A stretch of 64,000 bases of DNA, from assembly GCA_022563685.1 (NCBI GenBank), contig JADFMY010000001.1, forward strand, positions 10,707 to 74,706, in the 5' to 3' direction. Both the position numbers and the translations under genes were made by a program. The DNA comes from Pseudomonadota bacterium. Its GTDB lineage: Bacteria > Pseudomonadota > Gammaproteobacteria > GCA-001735895. Under the pieces are notes generated by a model. The model did not search any database and had not been told where the DNA came from. It was given only the letters and a program-made list of their open reading frames with translations. Each line of letters starts with the position of its first letter. The first letter of the stretch is position 1. Shown here piece by piece: positions 14,983 through 24,351 of this stretch.

Positions 14983-16839
14983 ATGAGCAGAAATCCAGAC
15001 AATATCCGTAACAAATACCTGTATTTAGCCCTGTTATTGTTGTTATTTCTATCGGCGACAGCTCTCATATCACTGGCCATATCAGGCAAAGTTTACGCAA
15101 CTATAGAGACAGGTTCCACTGCAGCAGAATCTGTTGCATTGTCGGCAGAAAATGCCAGCAGCCGAATACCCTTCCCGGCGCCGAATTTAAAACGCGAAGA
15201 CTACCCGCGTATGGGTATTAGCAGCCGTTCAATTGTCTGGGTCATTGCGCAGATGCATCTGTTTTTTGCTGCGTTTGTACTCGCGGTACCAATCTTCGTT
15301 CTGGTAATCGAGTGGATTGGTGTCAGGACCGGTGACGAGCGTTACGACGATATGGCGCATGAGTGTATGAAAATCAGCATGACCGCCTACTCGATAACCG
15401 CGCTATTCGGTGGCACACTGGTATTCGCACTGTTTCTGCTGTACCCGCAATTCATGGCTTACATGATGCATGTGTTTGATTCGCAGGTACTGGTATACGC
15501 ATTTCTGTTCTTTGCCGAAAGCGCCTTCCTCTATCTCTATTACTACAGTTGGTATGCCTGTCGATACGGCAATAAAAAATGGGTTCATCTGACCCTGGGC
15601 CTGATGCTGAACATTACAGGTACCACCTTGCTACTCCTCGCCAATGCCTGGGTCACTTTTATGATGGCACCGTCGGGGGTCGATGATGCGGGCGTGGTCA
15701 CCGGCAGTATCTGGGAAATTATGCGCGGCCCGTTGTGGAACCCGATAAATTTACACCGTTTTATTGCCAATATTGCATTTGGTGGGGCGGTTATCGGCGC
15801 CTATGCGGCTTACAAGTTTCTTTCATCCACCGACCCACGCGCCAGAGCGCATTACGACTGGATGGGTTACACCGCCAACTTTATCGCCATCCTCGCATTT
15901 TTACCCTTACCGTTTGCCGGCTACTGGCTGATGGCCGAGATCTACGCCTACTCCCAGCAAATGGGAATTACCGCGATGGGCGGAATACTGGCCTGGTTGT
16001 TTATCATACAGGCGGTATTGATCGGTACTATTTTGCTGGCGGGTAATTATTATCTCTGGTCGGGTATGTCGCGTACCCTGGGATCTGAGCGTTATACCTG
16101 GATGATCAAATATATCGCCATCGTACTGGTGACCTGCTTCCTGGTCTGGGTGACGCCGCATACGCTGATTTTGAGCGCGTCCGAAATGAGGCAACTGGGC
16201 GGCAGCCGTCATTACATTCTGGGGCCGCTCGGTATCATGCCGGCGAAAAATATCGCGGTTAACCTGATGTTGATCTTCACCTTTCTGTCGTTCCAGATAT
16301 ACCGTCGTGCCGATAAGGAAGTCACCGTTAGCTGGGCCGGTTTCGGCAACACGTTGATGGTTTGCATCTATGTCGTCGCGATAGTTAACATCGTATTTGC
16401 CGGTGTGTATTACGGTTATTTCACCAATACCGTATACAAGGTCGGTTCCAGCGTCATGCAGGTAGTATCGACGCTGGTGGTTATCGGTGCTGGAATCACG
16501 ATAGATTCCCTGATGTTCAAGGGTGCTAAAAAACTACCCTCCGAATGGGGCAAGGTATCCAACCGCGCTCAATACGCGCTTTTCGCATTACCGATCACCT
16601 TTACCTGGTTGATGGCCCTGATGGGTTACGTGCGCTCGTCGGTCAGAACCAACTGGCATGTGTACACGGTGATGAAAGACAACTCCCCCGATAATTTCAT
16701 TCCCACCATCGGTTATGCCGGCAACATGATGACCCTCGTCACCGTGCTATTCCTGTTGTTTGTACTGTTTATATTCTGGATTGCCTCTTTGAGCGACAAA
16801 AAGCAACCAAAGCCAGCCTTTCTGGCCGGTGGTGATTAA
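14983..16839 (+). CDS. cytochrome bd subunit I (CydA)-like membrane protein, no CydB partner
   Basis: Matches E. coli CydA blocks: AQMHLFFAAFVLAVPIF ~ TAMYHFLFVPLTLG (His19 region), FFAESAFLYLYYYSW ~ FFLESTFVGLFFFGW (Glu99), LLLLANAWVTFMM ~ LWILVANGWMQNP, and NPINLHRFIANIAFGG ~ NPVAQVKFVHTVASGY. The ATG at 14983 with ggtgga upstream is preferred to the GTG at 14929. Confidence 0.75.
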   Translation: MSRNPDNIRNKYLYLALLLLLFLSATALISLAISGKVYATIETGSTAAESVALSAENASSRIPFPAPNLKREDYPRMGISSRSIVWVIAQMHLFFAAFVLAVPIFVLVIEWIGVRTGDERYDDMAHECMKISMTAYSITALFGGTLVFALFLLYPQFMAYMMHVFDSQVLVYAFLFFAESAFLYLYYYSWYACRYGNKKWVHLTLGLMLNITGTTLLLLANAWVTFMMAPSGVDDAGVVTGSIWEIMRGPLWNPINLHRFIANIAFGGAVIGAYAAYKFLSSTDPRARAHYDWMGYTANFIAILAFLPLPFAGYWLMAEIYAYSQQMGITAMGGILAWLFIIQAVLIGTILLAGNYYLWSGMSRTLGSERYTWMIKYIAIVLVTCFLVWVTPHTLILSASEMRQLGGSRHYILGPLGIMPAKNIAVNLMLIFTFLSFQIYRRADKEVTVSWAGFGNTLMVCIYVVAIVNIVFAGVYYGYFTNTVYKVGSSVMQVVSTLVVIGAGITIDSLMFKGAKKLPSEWGKVSNRAQYALFALPITFTWLMALMGYVRSSVRTNWHVYTVMKDNSPDNFIPTIGYAGNMMTLVTVLFLLFVLFIFWIASLSDKKQPKPAFLAGGD

Positions 16840-17714
16840 TGCTATCAACCAGCGGGAAAATGAACCATCGGCAACGCGGCTCTATCCTGCTTAAAATCAT
16901 ATTGTTCAGTATTTCACTGACGCTGGTGTTTACCCTGTTCGCTAATCTTTTACCCCAGGTAGAGGGCGAGGCGCCGGTAGAACAGCAAATCGACCCTGGC
17001 GCCCTGACTGCGGACAGCTTCGTCGCACTCGGCGAAAGCACTTTTACCGGTAAAGGATCCTGCACCCTGTGTCATAACAACATGGGCCGCGCACCCGATA
17101 TCCTGCAACTGAATATGGTCGATATCTCGGCGCAAAGACTACAAGATGATCGATATCAGGGAGATGCAAACTCGGTTGAAGACTACCTGCGCGAGTCGAT
17201 GCTATCGCCGGGTGCGTACGTGGTTAAAGGCTATGGCAAAAAAGGGACTAAGGATACCGAGTCGCCGATGCCTGAAGTCGACAAGGCGCCTATCCTGCTC
17301 AACAACATCGAAATTGATGCCGTGATCGCATTTATGCAGGCGAAAGACGGCCACGAAGTCACGGTCGCATTACCCGAAGCTTTGCCAGTACCGGGCGAAG
17401 AAATCAAGGCACAGGCCGCACCGGTTACAGCGGTGTCAGCCCCGGCAGAAAACGCCGAAGTAGCTTTGGGTAAGTATATCTGTACCGCCTGCCATAGCCT
17501 GGCGGGCAGCGTATCTCCAGTCGGTCCTGATCTCAATACGGTGGGTGACCGGTTAAATCGAGACCAGATCAGTCAAAGTATCATCGACCCGAATGCAGTC
17601 ATTGCCGAGGGTTTCTTTGCCGGCGTAATGCCAGCCGATTTCGCCGGCAAAATGACAGTCAGCGAACTTGCGATGATCGTCGACTTCCTGGCGAATCAAA
17701 AGGCAAATCAATAG
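16839..17714 (+). CDS. membrane-anchored dihaem cytochrome c
   Basis: N-terminal TM helix and two CxxCH motifs (CTLCH, CTACH). The start overlaps the previous stop (TAATG). Confidence 0.8.
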   Translation: MLSTSGKMNHRQRGSILLKIILFSISLTLVFTLFANLLPQVEGEAPVEQQIDPGALTADSFVALGESTFTGKGSCTLCHNNMGRAPDILQLNMVDISAQRLQDDRYQGDANSVEDYLRESMLSPGAYVVKGYGKKGTKDTESPMPEVDKAPILLNNIEIDAVIAFMQAKDGHEVTVALPEALPVPGEEIKAQAAPVTAVSAPAENAEVALGKYICTACHSLAGSVSPVGPDLNTVGDRLNRDQISQSIIDPNAVIAEGFFAGVMPADFAGKMTVSELAMIVDFLANQKANQ

Positions 17715-17716
17715 AG

Positions 17717-20128
17717 ATGCGTATTTCGGCATTTTACCAGGCGGTACTGGTCATCGTAGTTGCTTATCTCATCTTCGATAACGCCTTCCCACCGCTATTA
17801 CCGAAGACGTTGATGATTCAGTACATGATCATTACGGTTGTCGGCGTACTGCTATATTTCTCGTTCGACGACGACCGTTGGGCGGAGTTTTTAGCACCGA
17901 TAAGGTCGGTACTGAGAGACGATGATAAAGGCTTATTGCGCGGATTCTTCCTGCTGGCAATCCCGGGACTGATCGGATGGGTGACTTATGAAGCCATTAA
18001 GCCTACATTAGATTCGCCGATTGAATTACGCCAGGTGCACCCTGCCCCACCGTCAAGCTTCAGGGTATTTAACCAGACTTACAACCTCAGCAAACTGGAA
18101 AACCCGGTACGCGACGAGATCGCCAGTCAATACCAGGAAGATCCTGACGCCGCGATGCAAACCTATACCGACGCAGTCGAAGCTGGCCGCGATGTGTATT
18201 ATCAAAATTGTTTCTACTGTCATGGTGACCTGCTCGATGGACAGGGGCCTTTTGCCGATGGTTTTACCAATCCCCTGCCGATCAATTTCCAGGACGTGGG
18301 TACCATTGCGCAGTTAGAAGAGACTTTTTTATTCTGGCGCATCACCACCGGCGGTCCAGGTTTACCCAGGGAAGGAACGCCGTGGAATTCAGCGATGCCG
18401 GTGTGGCATGAATTTCTCGAAGAGGAAGATGTGTGGAACGTCATCACATTTTTGTACGACTATGTGGGTCAGGTGCCGCGTATCTGGGACCGGGATAAAT
18501 CAAAAATAGCCACTGCCATTAAAGAAGCGCGGGTCAAACAACGTTCGACGATGATGGGGGGCGATCTTTATCAATATCGTTGCGCCGCCTGCCATGGCGT
18601 GGAAGGTCTGGGCGACGGGGTTGCCCCCGAGCGTCTGTATCCCAGGCCACGCGACTTCAGTTTGGGCCTGTTCAAATACAAAACTACGCCGGGCGCTTTG
18701 CCCCCCAGCGATGAAGACCTGTTCAATACCATCAAACACGGTTTGACCGGAACAGGGATGCCCGGCTGGGGCAGAGTGATGCGCGATGACCAGATCGAAA
18801 GCCTGATCCCGGTGCTTAAGGGATTTGACATGACAGCAACCTGGTCTCCGGAAGATGCAGAGGATGAAAACTTCGACGACGAAGGTCGTTACACAAAAAC
18901 TGACTTTATCTCGATTACTGAAACTGAACCGGTTGATGGAATGATCGACTATAGCCCTGATTCCATAGCCAGGGGCAGGGAGGTTTTTAACAAGGCCTGT
19001 AACAAATGCCACGGAGATAGTGGTAGAGGCAATATCACCTCGGGCAAGAAACTCGACGACGACTGGGGTTATCGTATCTGGCCTCGCGATCTGACCAAAG
19101 CCTGGACTTATCGAGTATCTGAGGTAATCGACACGGATACCACCCATGCCAGAACGCAAACCATTCAGAGAATTTACCAGCGCCTGTCGATCGGCATTAC
19201 CGGCACACCGATGCCCGCACACCGCGCAGTTGAGGAAGGCAACAAGGATCCGATCGAGCTTGAGGATCGTTGGCACGTCGCCAATTACGTCTATTCCCTG
19301 CGCGAACAGGCAAATTCATTACCTGGCGAAAGCGACGTCCTGTCGGCAATCAAGTTGGAACAATTGCCTGGGGATGTAAATTCCGAACTGTGGAATCAGG
19401 CGACCCCGGCCACCTTCAGGCTGGTACCGAACATCATCAAAGGCGAGCGCCTTTTCACCCCGTTGTCGGATGCCGTAACGGTACGCGCAGTGTATACCCG
19501 GGATGAGATTTCCTTTCTGCTGGAACTGAATGACCGTACCGACAGTCGTCCCGGTGAAGAAGAGTCCGAAGGCATACAGGATGAAGAGCTGACCCTGCAC
19601 CCGGATGCACTGGCACTACAGTTTCCCAAACAGGATGCGTTCGAAACATCCCCAGTAGTCGTGAAACCCCTGTACCGCCATGGAGATAAAAACCATGCAA
19701 CCACGATCTGGTACTGGAATGCCGGTAGCGTCGAGCCGCCGATTCCGGCCAGCGCAGCGTTAATAGACGCCAATGGACCCGATCAAAAACTGAGGTTTCG
19801 CGAGGCTGGAGATTTGAAAGCCATCGGGGTATGGAACCAGGGCCAATGGAAAGTCATGTTCACACGTCCAAGAAAAGTTCATGATGAGGGTGACCTCAGC
19901 TTCGACGAGGGACGCTTCATCCCGATCTCTTTTGCCAACTGGGACGGCAGCAATGGCGAAGCTGGCTCGAAACATACCCTGACCACCTGGTACTGGCTGA
20001 TATTGCCACCGCAAACAAATTTGACTTATGTCTTAGGTATTCCGCTACTGATGATTATACTGTCTATCATGGCTGGTTTGATAGCGGTGCGATCCCAGCG
20101 AAAACTGTCGAAATCGCGTCATGAGTAA
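17717..20128 (+). CDS. fusion protein: N-terminal TM helices, three cytochrome c domains, an EB_dh/DOMON-like haem-b domain and a C-terminal TM anchor
   Basis: CFYCH, CAACH and CNKCH motifs. The C-terminal ~250 aa (TTIWYWNAGS, GQWKVMFTRPR, SFANWDGSNGEAGSKHTLTTWYWLIL) resemble gamma subunits of type II DMSO-reductase enzymes (EbdC/NxrC-like). The final helix is IPLLMIILSIMAGLIAV. Confidence 0.7.
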   Translation: MRISAFYQAVLVIVVAYLIFDNAFPPLLPKTLMIQYMIITVVGVLLYFSFDDDRWAEFLAPIRSVLRDDDKGLLRGFFLLAIPGLIGWVTYEAIKPTLDSPIELRQVHPAPPSSFRVFNQTYNLSKLENPVRDEIASQYQEDPDAAMQTYTDAVEAGRDVYYQNCFYCHGDLLDGQGPFADGFTNPLPINFQDVGTIAQLEETFLFWRITTGGPGLPREGTPWNSAMPVWHEFLEEEDVWNVITFLYDYVGQVPRIWDRDKSKIATAIKEARVKQRSTMMGGDLYQYRCAACHGVEGLGDGVAPERLYPRPRDFSLGLFKYKTTPGALPPSDEDLFNTIKHGLTGTGMPGWGRVMRDDQIESLIPVLKGFDMTATWSPEDAEDENFDDEGRYTKTDFISITETEPVDGMIDYSPDSIARGREVFNKACNKCHGDSGRGNITSGKKLDDDWGYRIWPRDLTKAWTYRVSEVIDTDTTHARTQTIQRIYQRLSIGITGTPMPAHRAVEEGNKDPIELEDRWHVANYVYSLREQANSLPGESDVLSAIKLEQLPGDVNSELWNQATPATFRLVPNIIKGERLFTPLSDAVTVRAVYTRDEISFLLELNDRTDSRPGEEESEGIQDEELTLHPDALALQFPKQDAFETSPVVVKPLYRHGDKNHATTIWYWNAGSVEPPIPASAALIDANGPDQKLRFREAGDLKAIGVWNQGQWKVMFTRPRKVHDEGDLSFDEGRFIPISFANWDGSNGEAGSKHTLTTWYWLILPPQTNLTYVLGIPLLMIILSIMAGLIAVRSQRKLSKSRHE

Positions 20129-20169
20129 GCGAATTGTATTCCCGGTGTAACTATTGAGCGAGGTTAGAA

Positions 20170-20319
20170 ATGACGAATCACAAGGGTATGGCAGAATTTC
20201 TGCCTTTGAATAGGGCGGTATTAACGGTTTCCGACAGTCGTGCTCGAGCCGAGGCTCCAGTCATGCGGTATCGGAAAAAGTTACCTGTTAAGGGGGCCAG
20301 TCATGAGTTGCTGTGACCA
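20170..20319 (+). pseudogene. moaB: moaB/mog-like N-terminal remnant
   Basis: The 49-codon ORF MTNHKGMAEFLPLNRAVLTVSDSRARAE... resembles the E. coli MoaB N-terminus (TEFIPTRIAILTVSNRRGEE). It then loses similarity and runs out of frame into the moeA start. Confidence 0.4.
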
Positions 20320-21583
20320 GGCAGACTTGATGCCGTACGACCAGGCAATCGCCGAATTGCTGTCAGTAGCGAAACCTATTACAGAATCAGAAATAGTACC
20401 GGTGGCAGGTGCTCTTGGACGCGTGCTGGCTGAAGATGCGGTCTCCAGCCTCGATGTGCCACCAGCGGATAACAGTGCTATGGATGGTTATGCGCTGCGA
20501 TATTCAGACCTCACCAACGCGGGCTTGACCACACAAGGTCGAGTCGTGTTACCGATCAGTCAGCGAATCGCCGCTGGCGTAGTGCCCGAAGCGCTAAACC
20601 CCGGTACTGTTGCCAGAATTTTTACCGGCAGCGAAATCCCCGAGGGGGCAGACACCGTCATCATGCAGGAGCAGTGCCGGGCATTAAACGGTACCGATGG
20701 TGAAGGGAAAGAAAACGGTCAGACGGTTGAACTGCCTGTCGACATAAACCCAGGTGATAACATTCGCCTTAAAGGTCTGGATATCACCGCGGGTTCGGTT
20801 ATATTAAATCGTGGCCACAAATTGCTACCGCAGGATCTGGGTTTGCTGGCTTCCATAGGCCTCGCCGAAGTTAAGGTATATCGACGCTTAAAAGTGGCGA
20901 TCCTCTCGACCGGTGATGAAATCGTCGAACCTGGGCAGGCTTGCCCGGCAGGCCATATTTATAATTCCAACCGTTACACGCTAGCCGGACTAATCGATGC
21001 GATGGGCATGGAGCGAGTGGATATGGGTATAGTACCCGACGATCCTGAAGCAACCGAAGCAGTATTACGACAGGCCGCGGAACTGGCCGACTGTATCATT
21101 ACCACCGGCGGCGTATCGGTGGGGGAAGAAGACCACGTCAAGGCCTGTGTCGAGAAATTGGGTGAATTGCAATTATGGCGCCTGGCAATTAAACCAGGAA
21201 AACCGCTCGCTTTTGGCCAGGTGCTGGATAAACCTTTTTTTGGATTACCCGGAAACCCGGCGGCGGTTTTTGTTACCTTTGCAATGGTAGCTCGACCTTA
21301 TTTATTGAGATTCCAGGGTTGCGAAAATGGCCTCCTGCCCATGACCCTCACGGTTCAGGCAAACTTTAGCCGCAACAGGCCAGGCAAACGCCAGGAATAT
21401 CTGCGCGCGCGTCTGGATATTTCCGAGCGAGGAGTCATGAGCGCCAGCTTACATACCAATCAAAGCAGTGGCGCACTTTCGGCAGCCAGTTGGAGTAACG
21501 GTTTTGCGGTCCTGCCGATTGACCAGCTAATCGAAAACGGCGACAGCGTGAAATTTATTCCCTATAGTGAATTGTTTGCCTAG
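20303..21583 (+). CDS. moeA: molybdopterin molybdenumtransferase MoeA
   Basis: ALGRVLAEDAVSSLDVPPADNSAMDGYALR, ITTGGVSVGEEDHV and KPGKPLAFG are canonical MoeA blocks. The ATG at 20303 with aaggggg upstream is preferred to the track start at 20240. Confidence 0.9.
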   Translation: MSCCDQADLMPYDQAIAELLSVAKPITESEIVPVAGALGRVLAEDAVSSLDVPPADNSAMDGYALRYSDLTNAGLTTQGRVVLPISQRIAAGVVPEALNPGTVARIFTGSEIPEGADTVIMQEQCRALNGTDGEGKENGQTVELPVDINPGDNIRLKGLDITAGSVILNRGHKLLPQDLGLLASIGLAEVKVYRRLKVAILSTGDEIVEPGQACPAGHIYNSNRYTLAGLIDAMGMERVDMGIVPDDPEATEAVLRQAAELADCIITTGGVSVGEEDHVKACVEKLGELQLWRLAIKPGKPLAFGQVLDKPFFGLPGNPAAVFVTFAMVARPYLLRFQGCENGLLPMTLTVQANFSRNRPGKRQEYLRARLDISERGVMSASLHTNQSSGALSAASWSNGFAVLPIDQLIENGDSVKFIPYSELFA

Positions 21584-21607
21584 ATCAGAGGCTCCCTAAA
21601 TAACGAT

Positions 21608-22840
21608 ATGCTCAAGTTGACAGTCCCTGACGAGGCCAACCGTACGGTGCCCCTGTTTCGTTTGGCGTTTCGCCCTTTCTTCCTCGGCGGCGTCTTATTT
21701 TCACTACTGGCACTGAGCCTGTGGGCGGTTTTCTGGATTACGGGATTGGACTGGGTTCCTTATGGTGGCTGGATCTGGTGGCACGCCCACGAAATGCTGT
21801 ATGGATTTGTGGTCGCCATTATTGTCGGTTTCCTGTTAACGGCGGTGCAAAACTGGACCGGGCAGGAGAGTATTACCGGCTGGCCACTGGCGGGCCTGTT
21901 TACACTCTGGTTGTTGCCTCGTGGCTTACTGCTTTACCCGATTGCACCCGTCGAATCGCTGCTTCCCTGGTTGGATCTGGCATTCCTGCCTGTCGTCGCC
22001 TGGGTAATGGGCAGAATTCTTTGGCGCGCTCGACAATTTGTCAATCTTGTTTTTGTGCCGATATTGCTATTGCTGACTATTGCTAATGCTCAAATGCACT
22101 GGGCGGTGGTACAGGGTGATGCCGTGTTATTCAGGGATGCCGCTGAAAGTACCATTTTTATAATTGTGCTTGTAACGGTAGTGATGGGTGGCCGTGTGAT
22201 TCCGTTTTTCACAGCCAGTAGTACGGTCACACCCAGCGTGTTGCCCAACCCGGTGATCGAACTGCTGTCTTTGGGATCGGTCGCGCTGCTGGCTTTGTTG
22301 CATTTATTCAGTCTGATCCAGCATCTATCTTCGCTATTAGTAGCAGGCATATTTTTGGTGGCGGGATTGGGTCATTTGCTACGCTTTTTACGCTGGCGTC
22401 CATGGATTACCTACAAAGAACCCTTGCTTTGGTCGCTACACCTCGCCTATCTGTTTATTGCGCTAGGTTTTATTCTGTGTGCATTGCGTTATGCAGGTTT
22501 AAGCCTGGATGTGTTGAGTAGATTTACAGCTTTGTACCCCACCATTTTGCACAGTTTTACGCTCGGGGGCATGGGTTTGTTGATTCTGGCGATGATGTCC
22601 CGGGTTTCGCTGGGTCACACGGGTCGCCCCCTGGTGGTGAGTCCCTGGGTTAGTTTCAGTTTTCTATGTATTATTGCGGCCTATGTCAGTCGTGTCTGGC
22701 TGCCGTTACTATCGCCCGCCACCAGTCATTACTCAAGCTACCTGCTCAGCATTATTTTTTGGTTGTCTGGTTACGGAATATTCATATTTGTCTACCTGCC
22801 TGTCCTCAGCAAACCACGTGTAGATGGTCAACCGGGTTAA
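21608..22840 (+). CDS. nnrS: NnrS family haem/copper membrane protein
   Basis: FRLAFRPFFLGG...WHAHEMLYGF signature and ~12 TM helices. Confidence 0.85.
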   Translation: MLKLTVPDEANRTVPLFRLAFRPFFLGGVLFSLLALSLWAVFWITGLDWVPYGGWIWWHAHEMLYGFVVAIIVGFLLTAVQNWTGQESITGWPLAGLFTLWLLPRGLLLYPIAPVESLLPWLDLAFLPVVAWVMGRILWRARQFVNLVFVPILLLLTIANAQMHWAVVQGDAVLFRDAAESTIFIIVLVTVVMGGRVIPFFTASSTVTPSVLPNPVIELLSLGSVALLALLHLFSLIQHLSSLLVAGIFLVAGLGHLLRFLRWRPWITYKEPLLWSLHLAYLFIALGFILCALRYAGLSLDVLSRFTALYPTILHSFTLGGMGLLILAMMSRVSLGHTGRPLVVSPWVSFSFLCIIAAYVSRVWLPLLSPATSHYSSYLLSIIFWLSGYGIFIFVYLPVLSKPRVDGQPG

Positions 22841-22920
22841 TGACTGATGATAGCGAAAGCCAGGGAATCTCTGACTAAATCTGGGCGAATCATATTTTCA
22901 TCGTTGCTCGCTCATAAGTG

Positions 22921-23316
22921 CTATTCAATGGGATAACCATCTGCCTGCCACTGCCGCATGTGACCCTCAAGCTCACGAAGATGCTTGAACCCGGCCTGCG
23001 ACAGGAGTGATTGTGCAAAACTTGAGCGAGGCCCTACCCAACAATAAACCACAATCTCCCTGTCCTGGTGTGACATCAACTCAGAGAGTCTGTAGCGAAG
23101 TTTCCTATGGGGTATGTTGACCGCACCGGGAATATGTCCGCTCGCGAACTCTTCGGGCGTGCGGACATCGAGAATCAGGGGAGCCTCACCAATATTGATG
23201 CGATCAAGCAACTCCGACGGAGTAATGGCGTTGCCTGCCTGCACCAGGGTAGATGCAAGAGTCAAAGCTACAAGTGCAGTGATGATTAAACTGAATTTCC
23301 AAACATAGAGTCGCAT
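22921..23316 (-). CDS. periplasmic rhodanese-domain sulfurtransferase
   Basis: Signal peptide. LILDVRTPEEFASGHIPGAVNIP, and the active-site loop CWVGPRS. Confidence 0.85.
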   Translation of the reverse strand: MRLYVWKFSLIITALVALTLASTLVQAGNAITPSELLDRINIGEAPLILDVRTPEEFASGHIPGAVNIPHRKLRYRLSELMSHQDREIVVYCWVGPRSSFAQSLLSQAGFKHLRELEGHMRQWQADGYPIE

Positions 23317-23830
23317 CTGAATACCTCGCTGTTGGTTATTAACTCAAGACGCTTAACAGTAAATTTAAGAGGCCGGTGGCCTTTTAATAATTATTAGCGA
23401 GCGGCAATTGAATTCTTTTAGCGGAAAAAATAAAATGCGTAACTCATTGATGGCCAGGATTTATGTTCCATGCGTTTTACTAAATTCCATTAGCGTGACG
23501 GATGGCCCTCTATTTTCCAGAATTTCGATAAAAAGCTGACACGGTAGTGGCTCACCGCTGAGGCATGGACTCGTACTGTGAATTATAAACAATCTCCCTT
23601 TCTCCTTTCCCTCTCAAGCTATATGAAGGTTCGCCGTTATAATCTGAGTATTCCATTATTTACCCGAAAAAGCGACTAGCATCAGAAAACACGCAGGTAC
23701 AACCTCAGGCACCAGGGTCCCAGGCAACCATTAAACCTGAGCTGATATTTCAATGCCAATATGACTTATGTTAATGTTCGATTCACTCGATTCAGTAACA
23801 TTGTTGATGAACGAAAACCAGGAGTGAGAT

Positions 23831-24022
23831 ATGAACATTCTGACAGGGGTAATAATAGGCGCTCTGTTATTGACCGTTGCTGTACTTGGCACTGGAATCT
23901 GGTCAATGATTCGTGGGGGGGAGTTCGATAAGAAGCATTCAACCGAGTTGATGTTTGCCCGGGTTGGTATGCAGGCGGTTACATTATTGCTTCTACTTTT
24001 AGCTATTTACCTGGCAAATTGA
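23831..24022 (+). CDS. twin-transmembrane-helix small protein (HIG1-like)
   Basis: 63 aa with two TM helices joined by GGEFDKKHSTELMFARVGMQ, which resembles the HIG1 R-x-R-x3-Q loop. ggag RBS. Confidence 0.6.
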   Translation: MNILTGVIIGALLLTVAVLGTGIWSMIRGGEFDKKHSTELMFARVGMQAVTLLLLLLAIYLAN

Positions 24023-24267
24023 TAGCGATTAAATAAAGCACCGGGGTTCTATAGGGCTAACCGATACTCCATTTATTTGCCCCCGATTCGCTCGCATCGA
24101 GCGCTAACAAGCAACGGCCTGGCAGTCTTCATTGAATGAATCGATCAATTCATCGTTTAAAACTCATACGAATTGAAAGATTTATACACCCGAAACCTCC
24201 ATATTGAGCACCCGGTTTTTCTCATAAGCAATTGATCCAATAGACAAATATAGGATCATGGAAAACT

Positions 24268-24283
24268 TGGCTTAATAAATGCA
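24268..24283 (+). promoter_or_regulatory. weak candidate sigma-54 promoter upstream of the peroxidase/Rieske/Mo cluster
   Basis: TGGCTTAATAAATGCA has correct GG-N10-GC spacing but is otherwise AT-rich. It lies 69 nt upstream of ATG 24352. Confidence 0.25.
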
Positions 24284-24351
24284 GTACCCAATAAGTAATT
24301 AAACAGTCCCCTCTGAAACACAGAGGTTGCTAACTATTGGAGGTAAGCATT

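Noticed and set aside
18500-19276. 258-aa minus-strand ORF inside the 803-aa cytochrome gene. Similar long antisense ORFs: 7769-8323, 24646-25161, 44978-45484, 46564-47220, 54658-55359, 57298-57903.
   Set aside because: Each lies entirely within a confidently assigned gene on the opposite strand and has Arg/Ser/Gly-rich, motif-free translations typical of shadow frames.
23317-23830. A 514-bp gene-free stretch as a possible ncRNA or small-protein locus
   Set aside because: It contains only a short GC hairpin (aggcc-ggt-ggcct) and a 37-codon ORF with no features. I cannot support anything here without expression or conservation data.
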